Assembly: GCA_045046875.1 (NCBI GenBank) | Contig: JASFYY010000050.1 | Coordinates: 1 to 64,000 of the forward strand | Reading direction: 5' to 3' | Source of the DNA: Verrucomicrobiota bacterium | Lineage (GTDB): Bacteria; Verrucomicrobiota; Verrucomicrobiia; Verrucomicrobiales; DEV007 | DNA length: 64,000 bases | Part shown: positions 1-7,538 of the stretch, one piece after another | Numbering within the stretch: position 1 is the stretch's first letter | Layout: each line of letters starts with the position of its first letter | Position numbers and translations under genes: made by a program | Notes under the pieces: generated by a model | The model's database searches: none | Seen by the model: only the letters and a program-made list of their open reading frames with translations | What the model was told of the DNA's origin: nothing

Positions 1-2439
1 CAGGTTCAGGCGGCCACCAGAAAAGAGATCGATGTCGCCGTCCTTGTCCATATCCGCGGCGGCGATCACAGAGCCGCTGATGAGCGTGCGTTCTTTGGGG
101 TCAGGTTGTGCTTTGCCAAAACCCTCTTTGCCCATGTTGATGTAAAGCCGGTCTTCGAGTTCGGGGCTGGTGGAGGCAAAGCTTGATCCACCACTGGTGA
201 TGTAGAGATCGAGGTCGCCGTCCTTGTCGGGATCGAACCATAACATGCCCATGTCTTCAGATTGGTTGTCCTTGATCCAAGGGCCCCAGGGGGCGGAGAT
301 CCAGCGGCCCGTGTCGGAGCGCAGGAAGAGCATGGCTTCCTGCTTGGCGGCACCACCGATGATCAGGTCTTCGTCACCGTCGTTGTCCGCATCGCCGAAG
401 GCAATGCCGGGACCGAAGCGGGAAAGTCGCCAGGGTAGCAGAGGGTTTTCTTTGTAGTCATCAAATTTGTTTTCCTGGTGGGTGAATTTGAGACCGGGCA
501 CGGCGTCCATGGAGAACAGAGTTTGCCGTGGTTTTGGCTGGCGAAGGGCGGGGCCGGGGTGGTGATTCCCCTCTGGCTCGGTGATGGTGTAGAGCTGATC
601 GGCTTTGAGATTTTTGAGGGTTTGTTTGGCTCCACTGGGCCAGTTGATTTCCAGTTGTTCGATCAGATTATCGTCGCCCAAGCCGAAATGGATGATCGGT
701 TCGTCAGCGGACATGTAGCCTCGGGCTAGAGAGAGCAGGCGGGTTTGCCATCCTGAGGCGGATTTTAGGCGGAGTCTTGCGCCGACGCCGAAGTGATTGC
801 TTTGTCGTCCGTGCAGGGCGATGAGCAGGCGATGGCCGCTTGTCGTATCATTGCGGTAAATGCCGACTGGTTGGTTCATGTTGTTGACCACTAGATCGAG
901 ATCGCCGTCCCGATCCAGGTCAGCGCAGATCAGGCCGAAGCTGGCAGCCTTGTCATTATAGTTCCACTTTTCACTGACGTCTTCAAAAGTCAGATCGCCA
1001 CGGTTGCGGAAGACCTTGCTGTGTTCAGCGCCGGATTTGTCGTAAGCATTCATTAAAGCGGTGCGTTCGTCCAGTTTGCCCGCATTATTGAGATCTTTGA
1101 GGTTGGCAAGATGATCCGAGTTATTGACATCACGTGCCATGCCGTTGGTGTAAATGGCATCTTCCCAACCGTCGCAGTCGAGATCGGCTAAGCGCGTCGC
1201 CCAAGACCAGCCAGTGCTTTCTAAGCCACTGAGAAAGCCAATTTCTCTAAAGGGAGCATCGGCTGAGTTGAGGTAAACAGAGTTGCGCATGTTTTGGCGA
1301 GGCTCAGCCCATTCGAGGAACCAGCTGGAGTTGGACATCGCTCCCATGCGCATTTTTTGCGTGTAGTGGTTAGTAGCTGACATATCAGAAACGCTATAGT
1401 CGAGCCAGCCGTCACGGTTGATGTCGCCGTAGTCACTACCCATCGCAAACCAGGCGGTTGAGGGAGCAAGGGTGGGGAGTACATCGATAAAGGTGCCGTC
1501 GCCGTTGTTACGCCACAAGCGATCGGGGTCTTTGAAATCATTAGCGACATAGAGGTCGAGCCAGCCGTCGTTATTGTAGTCCCACCAGGTGGAGGACAGG
1601 CCGAGATTGAGTGTTTTTCCAAGACCTGAACTACCCGTCGCATTGCGAAAGGTGCCATCCCCTTCGTTGTGAAATAGCAGGTCTTGTCGTCCTGATTCAT
1701 GTAGGTGACCTTCTATGAAATGATATTCCCCAACCAGGTCGGGGTGGACCGTGGGGATTTGGTTAACGTAGCGAACTTTCAGATTAGGGTGATCCGCGGC
1801 AAGTTCGAACAATCGATAGGTCAGTAAAAAACAATCGATGGAACCATCACGATCATAATCCGCAAACGATGCCATGATGGAAGCCCCGTTATAGTCGAGC
1901 CCCCAGTTGGAGGCTTCTTCCGTAAAGGTGCCGTCGCCTTGGTTGATGTAGAGTAGATTAGGGCTACCCATATTGCAGACATAAATATCGAGGTCTCCAT
2001 CGTTGTCGATGTCGACAAAGCTGGCACCCGAACCCCATGCGTCACCGCCATCGACCCCAGCTTTTGCCGTTGCGTCTTCAAATTTCCATGGCGCTGTTTG
2101 GCGGAACAGTTTGTTCTTGCCGTCTTGGGAGATCAGATACAGGTCGGGTAATCCATCTCCGTCGTAATCTCCCACACAAACTCCCGCGCCAGTATAGAGG
2201 TATTTTTTGATGTGCTCCTTTTTGAGCAGGTTCTGGAAGTCGATGCCTGTATCCTTTTTGTGGATACGGGTGAAACCAGAGCTTACTGTTTGGCTCCTCG
2301 TAACAGGTGAGTTCAGGCGGGAAGAACGTATATCCAGTTTATCTTGCGTGAAGCCAGGGGAGGAGGCTAGCAAATGAAATGCCACATAAAGGGTGGGCCA
2401 GTTGCGGAAAAGCGATGGTGTTTGAGATGGGTGGAGCAT
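1..2439 (-). CDS. Secreted FG-GAP/VCBS-repeat protein with ASPIC/UnbV domain (CRTAC1-like); 3' end runs off the window
   Basis: Absent from the ORF track, presumably because it has no stop in the window. Manual translation from ATG 2439 gives GAGVCVGDYDGDGLPDLY, FVDIDNDGDLDIYV, an ASPIC/UnbV-like SNHFGVGAR...GYMSADEPIIHFGLG...INWPSG, and AADMDKDGDIDLFSGGR at the edge in the same frame. Confidence 0.85.
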   Translation of the reverse strand, partial: MLHPSQTPSLFRNWPTLYVAFHLLASSPGFTQDKLDIRSSRLNSPVTRSQTVSSGFTRIHKKDTGIDFQNLLKKEHIKKYLYTGAGVCVGDYDGDGLPDLYLISQDGKNKLFRQTAPWKFEDATAKAGVDGGDAWGSGASFVDIDNDGDLDIYVCNMGSPNLLYINQGDGTFTEEASNWGLDYNGASIMASFADYDRDGSIDCFLLTYRLFELAADHPNLKVRYVNQIPTVHPDLVGEYHFIEGHLHESGRQDLLFHNEGDGTFRNATGSSGLGKTLNLGLSSTWWDYNNDGWLDLYVANDFKDPDRLWRNNGDGTFIDVLPTLAPSTAWFAMGSDYGDINRDGWLDYSVSDMSATNHYTQKMRMGAMSNSSWFLEWAEPRQNMRNSVYLNSADAPFREIGFLSGLESTGWSWATRLADLDCDGWEDAIYTNGMARDVNNSDHLANLKDLNNAGKLDERTALMNAYDKSGAEHSKVFRNRGDLTFEDVSEKWNYNDKAASFGLICADLDRDGDLDLVVNNMNQPVGIYRNDTTSGHRLLIALHGRQSNHFGVGARLRLKSASGWQTRLLSLARGYMSADEPIIHFGLGDDNLIEQLEINWPSGAKQTLKNLKADQLYTITEPEGNHHPGPALRQPKPRQTLFSMDAVPGLKFTHQENKFDDYKENPLLPWRLSRFGPGIAFGDADNDGDEDLIIGGAAKQEAMLFLRSDTGRWISAPWGPWIKDNQSEDMGMLWFDPDKDGDLDLYITSGGSSFASTSPELEDRLYINMGKEGFGKAQPDPKERTLISGSVIAAADMDKDGDIDLFSGGRLNL

Positions 2440-2563
2440 GGGTATTTCCTGAAAATGGCATGGTTTGGTGAAATTTCACAAAAAAATGCGTTGGATTTTG
2501 ATGCCATACGTATCCATATTGCTTGAATATTGCTTTATTGGTAGCTCCTTGCCGCATTTTTAT

Positions 2564-5059
2564 ATGAAAATTACACATTTCACTTATTTCATCGTCATTT
2601 TTGCTCTACTGACCTGCTCGGGCTCGGTTTTGGCTCAGACTTTTGTTTCATCTGATCCGACGGGGACGACCCAGACGATTGCTGTGCCTGTGGGGACGGG
2701 AAGCGTCTCTGATGTGGATGCATCGTTTGAGTTGTTAGCTAACGGAAGCTCATTCACTAGTGAGTTAACATTTAGTTTAACTTCGCCTACTGGCACGGTG
2801 GTGAATCTATGGGGGCCTGGCTATGGCGGCGCGGGTAATCCTAGTCTGGGGGTTTACACCTTCGACGACGCAGCAGCGAGTTTGCTGCCTGCAACCGGAG
2901 CGCCGGGCACATGGCAACCTTCAAACTTAAATGGGACACTTTTGTCTGATTTTAATGGAGAAGTAGCCGATGGGATATGGACGCTTGTTGGATCTAGCAC
3001 TTTCTCTCCCCCGGCTATAGGCTCGTTCACGCTGATGCTTAATAATGTTACTCCAGCTGTAGCTCCTGCTCCTGCTCCCGCCGTCCGTCGCCGTGAAGTC
3101 ATTCCAACCATTCTCGCCACCAACGTCGGTGCGATCCAATCTTTACTGACCAGTGGTCTCGGCATGGGCTTGGTCAATCAGCAAATTACCCAGAACGCAC
3201 CCAACGCTGCTTTGTCGGATTTGAACAATCGCCTCTTTCGCGCACGCTCCGGGATGGAGCAGATTTTTGCCGACGGTTTTGAATCGGGAGACACTTCCAC
3301 TTGGACGGGGGCCTCTACTAACAATAGCTCCAGCTTGTTGCGTCACCTCGCTTTTGTGCAGGATCAACACATGTCTTACAGAGTCGCGCTTGGTTTAGCA
3401 GATCCTGAAGAACGCACTGTGGAAGTGGGTGGGGCTGTGGATACTTTGGCACAGCAAACGCTCAGCGGGGGTATGCCCTACGCCATGATGGGTGTGCCAA
3501 TCATGCCAATGGCAGGTGGAGCAGCCACGGTGCACATCGTCGAAGCTGCGCCCTCGGGAAAAACCGTCATCGATGACAGCAAAGCAGTGGTTGAAATCGC
3601 GCCTTTGAAGCGTTGGGAACTGTTTGCCGCTGGAGATTTTAGTAATTACGATCAGGATCAACTGAGTAACTTGATGCAGGGCTTCACCACCACGACTTAC
3701 GCTGGCACTGCAGGTCTCGAATACCGGGTAACAGAATGGCTCAATCTCGGTGCGGCTTGGAGCTATTTGCAAAGTGATACCAACGTCGCTGGCAACTACG
3801 GCAACATCGATCTTGAAGGTAATCTGATCTCCGGTTACGCCACTGCCTTTTGGCGTCAGTATTGGGCGGATTTGCTCTATAGTTATGGTAGCTTTAATAA
3901 TGAGATCAGTCGTAATACCGGGCTCGGCAGTCGGGCACAGGGAGATACCGATAGTCAAAGCCACAACATTCGCTTGAACTTTGGGCGCAACTTCAATGTC
4001 AGTCGCAACATCGTGACGGGACCGATAGCAGGTTTGCGCTATGGCACGGGTGATGTAGATGCCTACAACGAGCGCGGTGGTGGATCGGCTGCTTTGGACT
4101 ACAATGGTACCGATTTTGAATCAATGATCAGCCGTCTGGGTTGGCAAGCGACACATACTCAAGCGACCACTTGGGGACGTCTGGTATCGCAAGTGCACCT
4201 GGCATGGGAGCATGAATACATGCCTGAGAACGGCACGGTGGGAGCGAGTTTGCAGACTTCGCCTTTTGCTTTGGTGACAGGGAATAATGTGAATCGTTTT
4301 GGTGGATTTTCGGCTGAAGATAGTGGTGCGCATGCGGGCACTGATTGGTTGTCGGCAGGAGCAGGCTTGAGATTTGAACTGGCGAGTGGTGTGGCTTTTT
4401 TGACTGATTACCAAGGTGTGTTTTTCCGCAGTAATTCAAGCCAGCATTACGCCTCGGCTAAGCTGAGTTATGAGTGGGGAGCGTTTATGCCGAGTGGCAA
4501 CACAGAAGATGCAGGTGGAAAAGAAATTGTCGCTTACGAGCCCTTGCAGATGGAGGAGTCTGGACGGCAGATCGCAGTATCGCCGGATGCTGAGGAAAAA
4601 CAATCGCCGGCCACTTTTGTTGACTGGTTGAACAGAGGGAGTCGTAATGGCAGCGAAGTCACAAGTGTTGAGGCAAAAGCGAAAGCTTCCGACAAAAAAG
4701 AGGTCGCGGCGTATGAACCTTTGACCGTGGAGCAGCCTGAAAGGCATGCCGCCACGACAAATACACCTGCCGGGCATTCTCAGTCACAGGTGAAAAAGAA
4801 ATCCGTTGGCGGAGTCATAGGTTGGTTGCAGGATAGGAAACGGGGCAAGAGTGATGTGGGGGGAGCGCCATCCACAGTTGTTGCAGAAAACACCGCTGAT
4901 GATGTCGTGGTCGAACCGGTAACCGTGAGTTCGGCGGGCCGAGGGCACCAGAAAGGCGCAGTGGTCTACAAGACTTGGGACGAAGTGCCGGGATTGAAAA
5001 AAACGGAAGCTTCGGTAACTCCTGCGAAAGCAGTAGCGCAAAAAGACCCGTCTTCGTAA
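2564..5059 (+). CDS. Autotransporter-type outer-membrane beta-barrel protein with P-domain-like passenger and C-terminal extension
   Basis: Signal peptide MKITH...VLAQ. Passenger has LTSPTGTVVNL...FDDAA...LSDFNGEVADGIWTL (proprotein convertase P-domain-like). Barrel strands include GLEYRV, YGSFNN, YNERGG, WEHEY, KLSYEW. Confidence 0.8.
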   Translation: MKITHFTYFIVIFALLTCSGSVLAQTFVSSDPTGTTQTIAVPVGTGSVSDVDASFELLANGSSFTSELTFSLTSPTGTVVNLWGPGYGGAGNPSLGVYTFDDAAASLLPATGAPGTWQPSNLNGTLLSDFNGEVADGIWTLVGSSTFSPPAIGSFTLMLNNVTPAVAPAPAPAVRRREVIPTILATNVGAIQSLLTSGLGMGLVNQQITQNAPNAALSDLNNRLFRARSGMEQIFADGFESGDTSTWTGASTNNSSSLLRHLAFVQDQHMSYRVALGLADPEERTVEVGGAVDTLAQQTLSGGMPYAMMGVPIMPMAGGAATVHIVEAAPSGKTVIDDSKAVVEIAPLKRWELFAAGDFSNYDQDQLSNLMQGFTTTTYAGTAGLEYRVTEWLNLGAAWSYLQSDTNVAGNYGNIDLEGNLISGYATAFWRQYWADLLYSYGSFNNEISRNTGLGSRAQGDTDSQSHNIRLNFGRNFNVSRNIVTGPIAGLRYGTGDVDAYNERGGGSAALDYNGTDFESMISRLGWQATHTQATTWGRLVSQVHLAWEHEYMPENGTVGASLQTSPFALVTGNNVNRFGGFSAEDSGAHAGTDWLSAGAGLRFELASGVAFLTDYQGVFFRSNSSQHYASAKLSYEWGAFMPSGNTEDAGGKEIVAYEPLQMEESGRQIAVSPDAEEKQSPATFVDWLNRGSRNGSEVTSVEAKAKASDKKEVAAYEPLTVEQPERHAATTNTPAGHSQSQVKKKSVGGVIGWLQDRKRGKSDVGGAPSTVVAENTADDVVVEPVTVSSAGRGHQKGAVVYKTWDEVPGLKKTEASVTPAKAVAQKDPSS

Positions 5060-5077
5060 GAGGGAAGAAAAAGGCGG

Positions 5078-5105
5078 TCCACGAAGTTCGCTAAGAAACA
5101 CGAAG
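5078..5105 (+). repeat. Triple CAC-core mini-repeat (CACGAAG/CGCTAAG/CACGAAG)
   Basis: Units spaced 9 and 10 bp, starting 19 nt after the stop at 5059. Confidence 0.5.
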
Positions 5106-5267
5106 TGGGGAAAAATTTGGGAGAGGCAAGTTTCACCTTGTCCGGGAGCTGAGGTGAGACTGGAGTCGCATGGGTGGAGCAGTACTGTGATTAGAGCGAT
5201 TAAGGGGCTGTCGCGGGCAGCGCGGAAGCGAGTCCCTCCAAATAAACGTGAGTGATCGTAGGAGGCG

Positions 5268-5324
5268 AATCACAGCCGGGCGGAGCGAGACAGACGGAGT
5301 CAAAAGACACAAAAATCACGAAAG
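5268..5324 (+). repeat. Triple CAC-core mini-repeat interrupted by a GC-rich REP-like insert (5274-5301)
   Basis: Removing AGCCGGGCGGAGCGAGACAGACGGAGTC restores AATCACAAAAGACACAAAAATCACGAAAG. Confidence 0.5.
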
Positions 5325-5349
5325 TGAAGATGGGATATCCCCCTCTTGC

Positions 5350-6081
5350 TCACTGATATGATTTGCGGTATTTGCTTGGGGTGATGCCGAGTTGCTTGCG
5401 GAACTGCAGGGTGAAGGAGCTCTGATCGTGAAAGCCCAGGTCGATGGCGATTTCGGCGATGGGGTGATCGCTTTGACGTAGATCTTCGCAGGCGGATTGC
5501 AGGCGTAGTTTCATGATGAAAGCTTGCGGGCTTACTTTAAAAGTATCCTGAAAGCGGCGGTTCAGCTGGCGGGTGGAAAGTTTGACCATGGTTGCCAGGG
5601 AAGAGATCGAGATATGCTCGCGGAAGTGTTGGCGGATGTATTGCACAGCGTCATCAATCTGTAAGTAGGGCTGCATGGCTTGATGACGACCGGCATAACT
5701 CTGCACGGTGCCCATCACGCCGATGATATTTTTGTGATGATCAAAAACGGGCAACTTGTTGGTGATGTACCAGTCGGGGATTCCCTGCGGATTAAAAAAT
5801 AATTCGACGATATGCAGTCGGGCTTCGCCAGAGGTGATAACGGCCTGGTCATCCTTGCGGAAGTTTTCAGCGAGCTGACGGGGGAACAGTTCGTAGTCGG
5901 TTTTACCGATGATTTCCGCTTCGTTGTGAAAACCGAGGCGTTCGAGGAATGCGAGATTGGCACAGACAATTTGATAGTCGGTGTTTTTGGCAAAAAAGGA
6001 GACTCCGGGCAGGTGGTCGAAAAGATGATAAAATAGGCTGTCGTCAGCACGCTGTTTTAAGAAGTTAGAACGCTTGTCCAT
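5350..6081 (-). CDS. AraC-family transcriptional regulator with N-terminal PAS domain
   Basis: PAS-like FFAKN...IIGKTDYELFP...A...DDQAV; C-terminal AraC HTH IAIDLGFHDQSSFTLQFRKQLGITPSKYR. Confidence 0.92.
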   Translation of the reverse strand: MDKRSNFLKQRADDSLFYHLFDHLPGVSFFAKNTDYQIVCANLAFLERLGFHNEAEIIGKTDYELFPRQLAENFRKDDQAVITSGEARLHIVELFFNPQGIPDWYITNKLPVFDHHKNIIGVMGTVQSYAGRHQAMQPYLQIDDAVQYIRQHFREHISISSLATMVKLSTRQLNRRFQDTFKVSPQAFIMKLRLQSACEDLRQSDHPIAEIAIDLGFHDQSSFTLQFRKQLGITPSKYRKSYQ

Positions 6082-6133
6082 AGGGGTATTTTCTCACTTA
6101 AGCATGAGAATAAAAGAAGAATGTTGAATATAG

Positions 6134-6198
6134 TGTCTGATTGATCATAAAAAATGACACTTTGAGCCAAGACGCGATGAAGATATTTCTCTTACAGT
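6134..6198 (+). promoter_or_regulatory. Putative AraC-type tandem operator/promoter in the divergent intergenic region
   Basis: Imperfect direct repeats TGTC..CATA (6134) and TGAC..CAAGAC (6155) are 21 bp apart, as is typical of AraC sites; TACAGT -10-like element at 6193. Confidence 0.3.
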
Positions 6199-6206
6199 AA
6201 AACATC

Positions 6207-7334
6207 ATGAGTGAGAAAAAGATCAATGTGGCGATTGTGGGTTTGGGATTTGGGGCGGAGTTTATTCCTATCTACAAACGTCATCCGCAGGCGAACTTGA
6301 TGGCGATTTGCCGTCGGGACCAGGTTGAATTGGACAAGTGTGGCGATGAGTATGGGGTGGAGAAAAGATTCACGGATTTTGATGAATTACTCGCCGATGA
6401 AGAGATCGATGCGGTGCATATCAATACGCCTATTCCGGATCACGCGGCGCAATCGATCAAAGCGTTGAAGGCGGGCAAACATGTCGCCTGCACGGTGCCG
6501 ATGGCGACGAGTATTGAGGATTGTCTGGAGATTATCCGGCTGACCCGGGAAACGGGTTTGAAATACATGATGATGGAGACGGTGGTTTATTCACGTGAGT
6601 TTCTTTTCATGAAAGATCTCTATGAAAAGGGGGACTTGGGCAAGTTGCAGTTTTTGCAGGCATCGCATGTGCAGGATATGGATGGTTGGCCGGGCTACTG
6701 GCCGGGACTGCCGCCGATGCATTATGCAACCCATTGTGTCGGACCGGTATTGGGTCTGGCGCGTAAGGACGCAGAGTATGTGTCGTGTTTTGCCTCGGGC
6801 ACGATTCGTGAGGAAATGCACGATCATTACAATTCGCCGTTTGCGGTGGAGACGACCCATATCAAGCTGAAGGATTCGGATCTGAGTGCGCGGGTGCATC
6901 GTTCGCTGTTTGATGTGGCACGTCAGTATCGGGAGTCGATTGATGTTTATGGTTCGAAGAAGTCGGTGGAGTGGCCGCTGATCGAGGGTCAGCCGATGGT
7001 TTTGCATACCGCCAAAAAACCGGAACCGGAGATTCCGGAGGAGGTGCAGTGTCCGGACTTTGGTCATTTGCTGCCGGATGAAATTGCAGGTTTCACCACC
7101 GGTGGGGTTTATGACGACGGGGACAATGAACATTTGTCATTCACCCAGGGAGCAGGGCATGGCGGATCGCATCCGCATCTGGTGCATGAGTTTTTGACAG
7201 CGTTGGTGTCGGGTAGGGATCCGTGGCCGAATGCGAAGCAGTCGGCGAACTGGACTTGCACTGGGATTTGTGCGCATGAATCGGCGTTGGCGGGCGGGGA
7301 GATTGTGAGGCTGTCGAAAGAGACGCTGTCTTAG
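6207..7334 (+). CDS. Gfo/Idh/MocA family oxidoreductase
   Basis: VAIVGLGFG Rossmann motif; IDAVHINTP..DH; ALKAGKHV. Confidence 0.92.
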   Translation: MSEKKINVAIVGLGFGAEFIPIYKRHPQANLMAICRRDQVELDKCGDEYGVEKRFTDFDELLADEEIDAVHINTPIPDHAAQSIKALKAGKHVACTVPMATSIEDCLEIIRLTRETGLKYMMMETVVYSREFLFMKDLYEKGDLGKLQFLQASHVQDMDGWPGYWPGLPPMHYATHCVGPVLGLARKDAEYVSCFASGTIREEMHDHYNSPFAVETTHIKLKDSDLSARVHRSLFDVARQYRESIDVYGSKKSVEWPLIEGQPMVLHTAKKPEPEIPEEVQCPDFGHLLPDEIAGFTTGGVYDDGDNEHLSFTQGAGHGGSHPHLVHEFLTALVSGRDPWPNAKQSANWTCTGICAHESALAGGEIVRLSKETLS

Positions 7335-7349
7335 GGAAGAAGATGAGAG

Positions 7350-7421
7350 AACCACGAACCGCCGTCGTCCCGAATTGTAAGGGACTATGTCGAGTCAGGA
7401 TGGACACGAATGAACACGAAT
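7350..7421 (+). repeat. Triple CACGAAT mini-repeat interrupted by a REP-like palindrome (about 7359-7399)
   Basis: Removing the insert gives AACCACGAATGGACACGAATGAACACGAAT; the insert carries a GTCCC/GGGAC stem. Confidence 0.65.
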
Positions 7422-7450
7422 AAGAGGGGGATGAAAAAAATAATAGAGGG

Positions 7451-7487
7451 CTTGTCCGCCGTAGCTGAGGAACGAAGCGAAGGAGGA
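7451..7487 (-). repeat. REP-like imperfect palindrome
   Basis: Reverse complement TCCTCCTTCGCTTCGTTCCTCAGCTACGGCGGACAAG has the same frame as the 7359-7399 insert, in inverted orientation. Confidence 0.6.
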
Positions 7488-7491
7488 AGAG

Positions 7492-7520
7492 AACCACTGA
7501 TTACACTGATGAACACTGAT
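7492..7520 (+). repeat. Triple CACTGAT mini-repeat
   Basis: AACCACTGATTACACTGATGAACACTGAT, spacing 9 and 10 bp; similar copy at 16713. Confidence 0.7.
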
Positions 7521-7538
7521 AAGATGATGAGGATGCAG

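Noticed and set aside
66..2578. Short ORF-track ORFs at the left end
   Set aside because: Alternative-frame or antisense fragments of the long FG-GAP/ASPIC gene at 1-2439.
7410..7538. N-terminal extension of the 1587-aa ORF (MNTN...LITLMNTD)
   Set aside because: It is a translation of the intergenic repeats; the signal peptide starts at about 7539.
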